Positions 1-11,769 of a stretch of 64,000 bases of DNA are shown piece after piece. The notes beneath the pieces were generated by a model. It did no database searches and was not told the DNA's origin. It worked only from the letters and a program-made list of their open reading frames with translations. Each line of letters begins with the position of its first letter. The first letter of the stretch is position 1. Position numbers and translations under genes: made by a program. The DNA comes from Raillietiella orientalis (lineage: Eukaryota): the NCBI GenBank assembly GCA_036172245.1, contig JAYWIR010000044.1, positions 1,116,001 to 1,180,000 of the forward strand, in the 5' to 3' direction.

Positions 1-3000
1 CAAGTGCTTTCTGTCGGCAGCTCAGAAGCTTGAACGCCTTGGGCCTGCGACCACTTTGAAGTTTTTCCCCTGCGACAGAATAGCGAGTCCCATCGAGAAT
101 TATATTGAAAAAAAATGTGAAATAAAAAATAGGTACGTTGAAGTGCATGCTGTCGATGAGCACTTACTGACGGGGAATTGCTCTCTTTATCTCGCGTTCT
201 TGGACAGTGCCAAGAGTCTGCCAAGTAGTGCCAAGAGAGAGTCTTGAAGTGTCTCTAATATTTTCAGCACAGTCTTAAGAACGGTGAATTCCTCTTTATG
301 CATGTTTTCCTTCAAAAAAAAAAGGAAAAAAAAAAAAAGGGAGGTGTGTGTTGCTCTCCTTCACAACAGATTGTGAACAACACCATTGCAAATGTTAATT
401 TTTCCATTAGAAGACTGCTCATCGCAGCTGACACAGCACAGCACCCTGCTACGAAAGCATGGATTCAGCATAATCATCATGATTTTCAATTACGCTCTCT
501 GGAGAGTTTTATTAATTAAAACATCGTCACGTGCAGTAGTGGCTGAGATCAAAATATCGCGAAGGTAAAGTCTGTTACCGGATGAACACTACCGTGCTAT
601 GGCGTCCTGGATTTATATTGCACGAACTCGGAGGCATCAATTCAGAATCTCGAGCAAGTGAAAAAGCCTTGCACCTGCAGTCCCTACATAAAATAAACTC
701 ATCTATCCCTTCGCTGCCTCCGATGCCGTCCAAATGCGCTCCCGTTCGAGGAACGAATGTTCGGCAGGAAGCTCTCCGGAGGAAATCGATGTCTCCTCCT
801 CATTTGTGTACTCAAACGCGGCTTGCGGTTCAGCAATGCCTTTCTTCTTCTTCTACAAGGGAGCGCCAAGCACGCTGCAATCCATTTGAACAAAAGTCGC
901 CTTGTAAGATTGGGGGCTGCGCATGAAGTGCAGATTTACGAAAATATCCCGGGTTCCCATGAAGATACTGGTGCCATGACATTGCTTGTGCGGGGAAGAC
1001 TTACTGCGGCGCTCTGTTCGCGATAAGCCGGACTTCTAAAAGATAATAGAAGATATGGTCATCGTCGATACATGTGTACGTATCACGAAGATAGTGTATT
1101 CTCAGTGATCCCAACGGGGCACCACTCTGGAAACACGGGGTGTTTTCCCAACATTCACTTCATGCGCAGAAGAAATTTATAAGGCAAAACTTGCGCTTCT
1201 GATCCTCAGGCCGCTGATTAAACGAGAATTCCTTTCCATAGTTCGTACAGAGATACACTAGGTCGGAACATCCGAGTCTCATCAGGGTATAGTTCGCTGA
1301 TGGAAAGAGCGTCCCTTTACCTGGAGGGCAACTAAATCTTGCTGGTCCACGGGGAGCGTCTCCAGACCAGTGAGTTTGAGATCGGCCGGCCGAATCTTGT
1401 GAATTTGCATGCCGTCACTCAAGATCTTCCTGTTCCATTCTTTTCTTGCGTGTGATCGCCTCACCCTCTCACTTGGGTTGCTTTCGCGACGGTCGATGGA
1501 TGCTCAGCGTTCATCATTCAGGTGGTTTGCGTTGTGGGCTGCCTGTTTGTCGTGTTTTTCCTCTCTAGGTGGCCCGCTTCGCCTTTTGGACGCAGCATCG
1601 GCACGGTCGATTTCTTCATCGCGTCCTGTTCTGAAGACCATGCTTCCTGAAAACACAAGAGTTGGTTTCCTAACGTCGACGACTAGCAGTTCTTGTTCTT
1701 TCTCTGGAGGAGAGTTAGGCAGACACCTTTCTTGTCCAGCTCTTTTCCAGTTCGGGAAAGATGGACTTTACAGCTTGACCTCTGCTGCTGAGTGGCGATT
1801 CGGCGGTCTGTTCGGTTCTCCTGATCCCTTAAGCTCGTTTGTTCCTTCGGTTGAAAGACCCCTTCTTGTTTCCGTTCACAAAGTCCCCTAATCCCATCCC
1901 TCAGATGTCTCTCCTGTCATGCGTTTTTTAAACTCCCTAATTATTCCCGTTCCATTGGATTCCCTCCCTGCTCATTAGGGGTTCTAGAAGCGGATGTGCA
2001 TTTCCTCTCTCTGGCTTGCATGCTCTGAGTCGAGGCCTGCTCTACACAGATGACTCACTCCAGATGCGCAGGAGAACACGAGGCGACGTTAAAGGCACTA
2101 TGGGACGCGTCCCCAGAATGGGTTTCGGCGTATCCATACATGCAAATGAGCATGAACTTGTGGTTTCCGGGTGCACAACGTGGCAACTCATTATCATTTC
2201 GAGACGGTGCCTGGATACAATAAGTCTCTTCTCGATGAACATCGCGCTACTGCCAACCAGCCATTCTAGCGACTTTTTTCTAAAAGTTCGACTCCTGGTT
2301 CCGGGCGCCCACGGAGAGGAGGACAGCGCATTCCAAAAATAAATGGTCAGGGAAATCTCTCCTTCGACAACAGGGATAGCCCTCTGACTGGCTGCCTGCA
2401 GGACGTTGCTATCCCGAAGTTTGAAGCTTTCCTCTGATGAAAGTTTTCACGAGATCTGCTCGACGCTGATAGGCCTCGTCATGGAGCGGGACCACTTGCG
2501 ATGAAGTCGCCTCTCCCACTTTGAGTGCCTGCTTTCCCGCAGCCTCCAGTTTTTGATTCTCTGCTGAAGGACATCTCCAGGGAAGGTAGAACATCCAAGA
2601 GTGGCGAGCTGTTCCTCTTGTGGTGCAGGAACACCGCCCGCAAGATCACTCGGAAACGCTGGGAGGTAAGCAGCGCCATCGGTGGCAGCACGAACATCAC
2701 GCTTTTCGACTCATGGAACAAACCGCGGCCATAGACGAATCAGTGGCTTGACCTGAAAGTAAACAAAGCCACCTTCGACAGAATGAGAATGATGTCAGGA
2801 GACCATGAGGAATCGTCGGGTGCTCATGTCTGGCACGGGATTTCCTCCATCTCACTCTTCGCCTTCCCGCGCCACGTTTACTAGGAACCGGGCATCGGGG
2901 ATTTAGGCTTGCGAAGCACCGTCTAGGAAAGGCCTCAGTCCAGCTTTTTCAATGTCATCCAGCATTCAGAGACAGGGAGGAAAAGTTGGTTGTGGCTTTC

Positions 3001-3820
3001 AGCAAGGAGCTCGGAAGCCTGAAAATGTTGCACGATCTCCGCGAGACCATTTCTTCTTCCGGGACCTGAGACCGCGATGCATCGCCAACACGCAAGGTGA
3101 CAGCGAATCCATCCGAAAGCTCATCGCTAGCCTTGAGGCGCTTAAAGAATCAGGCGCTGACCAGCTGACTATTCAGATGGGATGAGTTTCGACGGACAGC
3201 TCCAGTCGGATGGGAACCAGAAAGCTCCCATCCGACTGGGCGCAAAGAACTCCAGGCTCGTTCGAATCTTTCAAAGAAAGACACGAGGTTACACGGACAC
3301 CTGCATCCGAACGTGTTCTGACCCGGGATTAGGCGAATCTCTGCATGAACCGCCTAGGTATCGCTTTGAAGGTTCTGTAGGGCTTCTTTTCCTTTGGACT
3401 GTTGGAGCAGTGAAACACGATGGATCCGGAACGAGAAGAAGTGTTCCCCAACATTGATCCGACTGGATTCCTTTCGTAGCTTCCCTACAAAGTTTTCTCG
3501 GAAGGACGGCTAAATGCTTTTCTTAGAGGAACTTCTTACCCACTTCATCGGGGTTGGTGACATCGGGGACGGCGATGGTGAAAGTCCTTGTTTCTGGCAA
3601 GGAAACTGTCTGTCAGAAATAAGGACCCATTTTGGATGATGATTTGAGTTTGATGGTTGTCACAGCATCCCTATGAGGTGTTGACTGCGTATCTTGGTGC
3701 ATTCGTCAAAGAGCAGTGGGCATCGCGCCAGTCACCAGATGTTGCCAACGAAGATGATCGTTGGCGAGACTTTGAGACGAGGATGCACCTCCTCCAAGTG
3801 TGCACTCCAAGCAAAGACCC

Positions 3821-4680
3821 CGCGTTGGAGACCGTGAAGCTGTGGTCTCCGTGCTCTGTAACAATCGTTGTGGGTTCGAATCTCCACGCGGAGGATCGAC
3901 CCAGGGAAATGGGCGTGAGCCGTGGGTTTCGAGTTCACCCCGCAAGATGACGCTGACTGGCTTTGGGTGCGGCACTGGTGGAAGCAGGAAACCAAATGCC
4001 CCGTTAAGTGGCTGGGATTCGGTGGTTGACCCTCCGGGGTCCTTTCAGGATTCAAAGAGTCCTTCGGGATTCCCCTCCGGCTGTAGAGTGGAGCCGTCCA
4101 TCGCGTGACAGGGAGCTGGTTCGTACCCCCATAGGAGGTTGCCTCTCCAGAGTTCAAGAAGGGAGCGCCCTTTCAGGAGCCACCCTTCAGGGAGATTCGA
4201 AAGCATCCCTTCGGGGTTCTCTTTAGGAAAGGAAACAAGGAGAGCTTCCATTGATGGCTCCATCTAGAGTGAAGATTCCGGGAGCAAATCCTTACCTAAT
4301 TCCCTTCTGAGGAGAAATAATGGAGCCGCTCCCTCCAGGGGTCCCTCGGAGAGCACAAGAAAGGGTTCCCTTCGCGGTTCCCTACAGAGACAACAAGGGT
4401 GAAGGTTCCCTTTAAGGTTCCTCCCAAGAGTAAGAGGAACGGACTTATTTCTCCGTAGCCTTCCTGGATCCATAGGGTAGTTCCTGAGGGTTGCTCCCGG
4501 AATTGAAGAGTCAATGCTCACCATCGGGTGGCATGGATGAGTGTCAAGATCTTCGCGAGGAGACAGACGGTCTTCCAGCCCTCCTTGAGAACCAAGAAAA
4601 AAAAAAAAGAAAAAGCCCCGAAAGAGGAAAGTTGGAAGGAAAACAGCAAAACAGGAGAACCCCAAAGGATTCCCATTTTC
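3821..4680 (+). mobile_element. tRNA-headed SINE-like family, near full-length copy
   Basis: B-box GGGTTCGAATC (~3871), second T-loop-like motif, internal ~40 nt unit array, shared 3' block (CCTGGAT.CATAGGG...TTGAAGAG...CACC..CGGGTGGCATGGA) and A-tract ~4596-4615. Homologous to about 12 other loci in the window. Confidence 0.85.
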
Positions 4681-5509
4681 TTCAAGTTCACATGATTCAA
4701 GAGGATCCGGAAATGCACATCTGGCCTTGTCGATGGCAGTGCTTTGTACACTCCTTGCCGTGCTGCAAGACCAAGGAATTCACCGTCTTTGGGGGAGCAC
4801 AAAGTAGTCGAGTCGCATCGGCAGGAGGATGAGAGATGCCATCTGCAGGATGCGAAAAATTCCCAGGTGCATTGGTGGTGGCCTCTGCAACGCTCATGCG
4901 GTGCCGGTTTCGTCTGGGGATCTCCCAAGCCACGGCAGGTAGAACGAGCGGAAAAATCGGGAAGCCGAAAGCACATAGCAGAAAAGGGGGAAGGATGGGA
5001 GTCGGGGAGAAAGTGGGGTGTGCTGAACTTATGAAAAGAAAGCAAACGCGGCTGCGCCCCGAGGTCACGAGCTTGTTCGGTTTGGCCGGGCGATGCGATG
5101 CAAGCTCCCCTTTGTACCCGCTGCCGCTTTCGTGTTTTCCACTCACGTCTGGTTCCCAGAGCAGGAGCCGCTGTCCCACCTCTCGGCTAGCAGAGAGGCA
5201 GCGCGTGCTCTTGCTGCGGCGCAGAGGACTTCGGTTGTGTGGCGAGGGTGTGGTCCACGATTGGCGCTTCCTCGCTCGACGTGCCCGCGTGCGGCCACTG
5301 AGAGTCTCGGAAAGCCGTTCGTTCCCGGAGAGGGATCGGAAGGGAGCTTCTCCTACAGCTGATGCAAATCTGACTGCGAAGGAGCGACGGTGAGACCCAA
5401 ATTCTTGCACTCCTTGCACCTCGACTGCTGTTGGCTCAGCCCTCGTCAAAACTGGTCAAAAGAGTAGGTTACAGGAGGAGCTTCTCTGAGAACGTCTTAA
5501 GCGCCTGAT

Positions 5510-6332
5510 AAGGAATCATTTTGGGTTCTTCTTTTTCTGTCTTCGCTGCTTTCCTTTCAGCTGTTTTTTGTTTTTCTTTCGGGTTTTCTCTTTTTTGGCT
5601 CTCCAGGTACCTCAAGAACCCTTGAGAGCCTGGCGGCTCACGCATCTCTTCAACTCTGTTCCACTCCACCCTGGGGTGCGTGTAATTCTTCAAGAGTGTA
5701 GGGTATCCTGGGAAGGGGACCATCCTTTGAATTCAGGAAGGATTCCGGAGAAGGGGAGTCTGTTCCTCACTACTGGGGGAGATCTACGAAGGGAACCTCC
5801 ATCCTGGTTGTTCTCGAAGGGGACTTATCCATTTTTCTTCTCCGAAGGAAAACCCGGAAAGGATCCGCTAGTAGGAATTTCTTATCCGGAGGAAACCCGC
5901 AAGGGAAGCGCTCCTGTTTACTCTGAAGAGAATCTCAAAGGGACGCTTTCCCAATTTTCTCTGAAGAGTCGCTCCTCGAAGGGAATGACACGCTTCTTTA
6001 CGCATTCTGGAGAAGTTCAACACCTATACTCCATGGTACGAGACGGAACGCCCTCTCTTTTGCACAACCAGAGGGGAACTACCTACTTGATTCTGTTTTC
6101 AGGAAGGACTCGGTGGTGACTCCCAATCCCGGTCACTCATCGGGGGCATCCACATTTAACAGTGCCGCATCCGAATAGAGGACAACCAGCGTCATCTCGC
6201 AGGAGGAACTCGAACCCACGACGCACCCTCCATCTCCCCTTATCTCTCGGCGTCGAATCCTTCCGAGTATTCGAACCCACGGTGCTCAGTGGTGGCACGC
6301 CCGGAGACTGCAACTACGTGGTCTCCGACGCG
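5510..6332 (-). mobile_element. tRNA-headed SINE-like family, near full-length copy
   Basis: Reverse complement has the head CGCGTCGGAGACC...GGGTTCGAATAC, the GAGATGACGCTGGTTG block, the unit array and the TTGAAGAATTACACGCACCC tail. Confidence 0.85.
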
Positions 6333-7449
6333 AATTTGGAATCGACAGCGATTTTCCTGGGGCTCCTGAGATCCCTCGCAATAAGCCAGGGAAGGAATCC
6401 CGCTGTTTCCAATGACAACCTCACTGTTTGATGGAAACCTCACTCAATTTCCGAAAGACGCAAGCGAACGGCAAGAGCTCTCAGGCCGGAGAGGAGGGGA
6501 AACGTTGCTCCGGAAACAAGTTTTCCCGCTCCCAGCGTTTACTATGAGGGCTGCAAAGAACCGCCGGTCCGGCATTGCGGAAACCAGCGGAAGCGACATC
6601 CTCCCAAGGTGAACGGACTCTTTGGTTCAGGTGCGAAATCGAGTCGCCTTTAATCTCCTTGTTCCTTGAAGCTCCCAAGATAGCAGAGAGCCCCCTCTGC
6701 GTGGAATTGTTTTAGAGGTCACGTCATTATCAAAACCACCATCTCCTCTCAAAAGCAAGCAGCTCTGCTGAGAAGCGCCAGGGGCAGGTGGAATCTTCCA
6801 CGGCCTCCTCCATTGCCTCTGGTCGTCCGGCCTCTTCGCTGCTTAAGGTCTTCCTGAGTCATTCGGGTACTCGACGCTCCCTCTGCTGCATCGATGAGAT
6901 GACAAAGCATTGGAGACCTCTGCAGAGAGCGTTTCCTGCCGTACCTCGGGGGTTACGGAGGCTCAACGGAACGGTACGCGGCTTGCGAACGAGGTCACGC
7001 CCAAAGATCTCTCGGCACTTGCTGGCGGATGCATTTCTCCTTCCTCATCGTTTCCAGCTCCTACTATCTTTCCAGTTCATTGGACACGCCTTCGAAGTGC
7101 AAATCGCCGCCGCGCTTCCGTAAAAAGGTCGCCAAGGGGTGCACCCGCTGCGGGATGGTGGAAACCTCGCTTCATGTGCTCCTGGAATGCAGAAGGCCTC
7201 GTCATGGAGGATCACGACCTTCGATCTGACCTTGAACCGTGGGAACGAAGACAAAGTACTCCTGCGCGCGGTCTTTCGCTGATCCGCAAGGGATGTTCAA
7301 GATAAGAGAGTGAGCCTTGCTGAGGGCAAGGAAATCTGCTAGACAGGACACTCACCTCCAGGAAGCGAGCGCGCGACTTTCTTCTCAGGCAGTGAGGAAT
7401 TTCCCTGGTAGGCCAAGTCTGCTGGGTCGGGTTCCCGGGTTGAGAAGGT

Positions 7450-9300
7450 GCAAAGTTTAGTGGTCTCCTTGTTGGTCTTCTGGAGAGTCGGTCATGCAGC
7501 TCTGATGTCGGTCTTTGTTGAGACCCACGACTGCCTGGACCCAGCCTCAGCCAGGCAGAACGCTTCCTGATCCCCTTTCGCAACAACGAACTGCTGCTCT
7601 CTGGGGGGGCAGTAGCATGGGATGCCAAGCTCCTTTTCCATCCCCCCTTTCCTTTTTTCTTGGTGCATCCCGGAAAATGCTGGGTGCGTCTGATGTGCGT
7701 CTCTAGGGACTCCACCAGATCTGAGGTGCTACCGTAAGACTTGGCTTCCCCTCGCCAAGACAGGGACGCGAACTCTTCCTTCGAACGAATGCAGATGCGA
7801 GCATTCCTTCAGTAGGTTTGCCCCCATGGAGAAACTTCGGAACAATCACATGGAAACATGAAGTTCTCCGCAGGGTCCAAACATTCGATCTGGAGGCATC
7901 TAGTTTCCTACCGCATCATCCACAGAATGACGAAAGCTCTTTCCCCAAACCAAGACATATCGCTTCTTTGGCGAGGCGCCATTTTCCTCCATCTTTCTCC
8001 TCGTTTCTCCTCATGAAGGCTGTGAACCCTGCACTTGCGCCTCAGGAGAGGAAGAAGGCACTTCTCTGAAATGAAAGGCAGGTTCGCTCATTTGCACCCA
8101 ATGCGGCTGTGCGGTGAGCAACCCGATCAAAGAAGAGCAGCTCGATGCCATCCGAATCCGCCTGATGTTGAATCAGAGAATTGCTCTTCGGTCTTCTCAA
8201 CGTGCTCAGCGGTGACCATGCAGGAAAGCATGGCAGAGTTCCACGGATGGAGTCGGAGGACACAGGCTTGTCGGTTCTCAAGAGGGGCAGTTGAGAATCT
8301 TTGTGCCGGAGATCTCAGAAACGATGAGGCCAGCTTGGAGGAGAAAAATAGGAAGAAGAAAGTGGTGTGCTGTGTACTGGGAACAATTTCAAGCCGCGGA
8401 TCGAAGCACTAAGAGATCGTTCTGGGAAACGAAAATCTCCATAGCAACCTCATCCGAAGTACTTCCTCAAAAGGATCTGCCTTCTCTGGACAACACTTTC
8501 GGAGTAGCAGACGAGGACCCAAGGGTCCTGCTTCTTGGGACGTTCAGATGCAAAAGCGGCACCGGGCCAAGGTTCCAAGAGTAGGATGTTTAAGAGGACA
8601 CTATACTCTACCTCAGTCTGTGCTAGAAAGAGATCCATGGAGCAAAGGTCGCAAGGGTCTCTAACATGGGCCACTGCGAGCGGGACCCCGGCGGTGCAAC
8701 AAGATGGTGGAAGTCGTAGGAGTTGTGGTTTGCGGACAGCTTTTCTATTTGGACAGCAATTAAGAAGCTGCTTGCAAGGTGCCCGGGAGGAAGAGGTCGC
8801 TGCCAGAGTGGCTTCTAAGCAAGCATGCATTCCGGTTAAACGTCCGTCCAGCCGCGACAGGTCCGGTATCTTTGGGACTGCTTTCCTGGAGGCTGTGGTC
8901 CGATATCAAGTAAGACGCAACCGACGGTCGCCAAGGCAAACTGACGGCTGGGAAATCGGCAAGCTACGTTTCTGCGACACGCGATCCAGTCAGAAAGGGT
9001 GGGCGTCTTTGGTGCCGCTGCTCGCTCGTGAAGATGGCCCCTTTCTTCGAAGGGCTTTCCTTCGAAGTCCTGCCTCGCGTCCCATCTTTCATCGCCTTCT
9101 GTACCTCTCGCAACATCCTCCGTCCCATCGGACGTTTTTCGTTCTTTCCTTTTCCTCCTGTACGCCTGGATTCTCCGTCTCGCTGCCAGAAAGGGAACTC
9201 CCTCATTCCTTCGCAGGAAGAAAAGAGGGAGGAGGGAATTGTGTCCCATCCATCATGCTGGTGTTTACCAGATGGCTTTCCAGCTAATCCGCCAGACCAT
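7450..9300 (-). mobile_element. Decayed L1/Tx1-like LINE reverse transcriptase
   Basis: REVQKAMK..GR, PWRPSV and LCSMDLFLAQTEVEYSVLLNIL (LSLD.EKAFD.V-like) occur in order on the minus strand. Confidence 0.45.
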
Positions 9301-9799
9301 TAGTAGCCTCATTTCTTATTTCTCTGGATATTCATCTTGGACCGGGACTCTAAGGGCGCATTCGTGAAGCGGGATCTTCGGAGGATGCTCAATGAACTCG
9401 CTTTCGTGAGCTCCCGACGAGGCAGTGGGTAACGGGACCATGGGGGTTGTCGAGTTTTCGTGACCGGTTACAGGACAGAGGACATGCGCGTAGCGGTTCC
9501 TCGCTGGCAGTAAAAACCTCTGGGCGAAACGTCGAGAGGGCCATTCGCAGAGTCGTTCAAAACGGCTCGGAGTGCCGTGACGTCAGCGTGAGCGATCGGC
9601 ATGACGTTTAGCTATGCACTCGCTCGAGTGTGGCCATGAGGCGAGACGTAGGAGCTCGCCCTATTTGTACTCCCATGCACGGAGAAGCAACCAATTAAGA
9701 AGAAGGTCTTTCTACTGGGACTAGGAAGATTTGCTGCTCGCAAATGAGTATAATGTCACCTATCCCAGAGGGCTAGGCAGACAGAAAAAGAAACGGGAC

Positions 9800-11750
9800 A
9801 TCCGATAAACCAATAAATAAGTGGTTTATTTGGTGAGCGTGGGGTCACAGGGTTCCCGATGACTCCCTTCAGAGTTCTTTTCTGGCTTCTTGCGGGGCTG
9901 ATGGGATCATTTCCTCTCTCCTCGCAGCGAGGCGGCTTCCGGAGCAGCGGTCTTGCTGACCAGCTGCCCCGTTGCTTAGCTTCCAGAAAGATCAGACCAA
10001 GATCGTTGAATGCTGCCATCTACATCTCGAATCAACCTTCACCAAGTGCCTGCCAAGACGTTTTTTTCTTCAAGGAAAAAACGTCTTGCTTCAAGCAAAG
10101 CTCGCTCGAAAAACCGAACAAAAAAGAAGAGGCCATCAGAGAAGGGGACGAAATGGTCCAGACTTGGCACAGGATGCTCCAAGTACAGAGTCCGAACGCA
10201 TTCGCGGTTTTTCTTCAACTATAACTAATCGTTGAAGAAAAAGGACTTACATTTCAAGACGCTTCACCGCTTCAAGTTTTGACGCTCTCATAGGTCTTTG
10301 CTTCCTCTTCGCCGCATCTCATCAGTACCTCCCGACGACCACGTGGTAATCGGTCCCTGCCAGGTCGCGTCAAGCACGATGACTCGACCTCCTCCTCTTT
10401 GGAGTACCAAATCGCGTCCTGGGGACGGCCTCTAGGCGAGGTTTGCGTCCACCGCGAGACTGAGGAGCACTCACTGGCGTCTCATCTTCATAGCAACGTG
10501 AAGTTTCCCACAGAGTCCAGCAATTCATTCCGGAGGCGCTTTCCTCGTTGCTCTGAACGGAGGCTGCGAACCCCGCGCTTGCATCCCAGAAGTCGGGACC
10601 ATGGCGGCTGGCGCGCTGTCATCCCGGCGACACCTGGAGGGCGGATTCAACGCGGAAATTCGGGACTGAGTCCTGTCCATCTTCTGCCTCGCCTACGCCA
10701 GGGCGCGCCTCGAAGCTCCCTCGAAACGGGAGCTTCTGGACCTTTTTTTTCTGCTTGCGTTTTTCAGCCGTTTGGCCCTCCATCTCGCGGCGAAGAGGTT
10801 CGCGTTCCCTTCGCCGCGGGAGAAGGGAGAAATGTCACGTGCAAAGGGTGGCAACACAGCGGTCCAGACCCCAAGAGGCTTTCAGTAAATTCTTCTTGAG
10901 CGCTGGATTCACGTTGAGGTCGGTTTCATACCGCTTTCCAGTACAACCTTGAGTATCCGTTGATTCCCAGTGCTAGCGCTCCCTTGCGAAGAAGCGACTC
11001 TGGACGCGTCCGCAAGGGCATTTAATTTGAGTCTTCCCGAAAAACTTCTTAGTCCGCCTTGACCCGACATCCGACCCAGCAACCATGAAGAGACTTGAAT
11101 TTCTGTTGAAAACCGAAGCACTGAACTTCTACAAGTCGAGAAAGCCACATCAGGAACACCCAGCAGTTGAAACCTTCGCGTCTGTCTCCCGGATATCTCA
11201 TGGGCTGGACGTCCAGCTCAACAGACGCGCTGGCAGCCTTGTGGCTGGGGTCCTCGGGCATGGCACAGAGCGTTACGGGTTCGAATCCTCACTTGGAGGA
11301 TCGATGTCGAGAACACGGACTGCGTCGGGGATTTCGAGTCCTCCCCGCAAGATGACGCTGGTTGACCTCGGTTGGTTTCAAGTGAGGCGGCATTGGTGGA
11401 AGCCGGAAACGGGATGCGTCGTTGGCTATCCGAGATAGGAAGTCGGCCCTCCAGGGTCTTTCCAGAAATCAGGGAGCTTTTCGGGATTCCAATCCGGTTG
11501 TGCAAATGGAGCCGTCCATTGCGTGCCATGCAGCTGGTTGGTACTTTCCTCGGAGGGTGGTTGCCTTTCCAGAGTGTAAGAAGCGCGCTGCTCTTTTCAA
11601 GGAGAGCGTCTGCCAACGCAACCCTTCTCTTCAGCTGGACGTCCAGCTCGATTCCCATAGAAGGACGATCGACTATCTCATGCCCGGAAGAGTCGTCTAC
11701 AACGTGCCGTTCTTGGAAGGTTCTCAGCACTGCACATTTTCTCCATCCCT
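9800..11750. mobile_element. Two further LINE ORF2 3' fragments (minus ~9800-10750; plus ~10800-11750)
   Basis: Minus: NAFGLC..VW..FLFG..FWK post-knuckle pattern. Plus: frame restored across the SINE insertion at 11220-11633. Motifs are very degenerate. Confidence 0.3.
11220..11633 (+). mobile_element. SINE-like copy, 3'-truncated, flanked by a 16 bp direct repeat
   Basis: Head with GGGTTCGAATCC at ~11277. GCTGGACGTCCAGCTC occurs at both 11204-11219 and 11634-11649. Confidence 0.85.
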
Positions 11751-11769
11751 AGGCGGTTGCCATCAGGGT

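Larger units (their letters stand above)
2000..7400 (+). mobile_element. Decayed L1/Tx1-like LINE ORF2, interrupted by two SINE-like copies
   Basis: Collinear degenerate motifs: APE end (TW..SR.LD..SD, ~2180-2280), NQKAP (~3216), WIPF (WRPI-like, ~3464), QG.PLSP-like (~5090-5130), and C-terminal knuckle CTRCGMVETSLHVLLEC (~7140-7190). Confidence 0.6.

Noticed and set aside
1000..1890. Possible Gypsy gag-protease remnant on minus
   Set aside because: Only a vague resemblance (NWKRAGQ, PADLKLTG), with no catalytic motif.
9577..9590. CRE-like TGACGTCA sites (also ~41010 and ~46569)
   Set aside because: Short motifs near chance frequency, with no supporting promoter evidence.
10360..10430. Restriction-like endonuclease motif (DLVL..VIVLDAT) of R2-type elements on minus
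   Set aside because: No preceding CCHC or following K..KY motif; the surroundings look more like an L1/Tx1 3' remnant.
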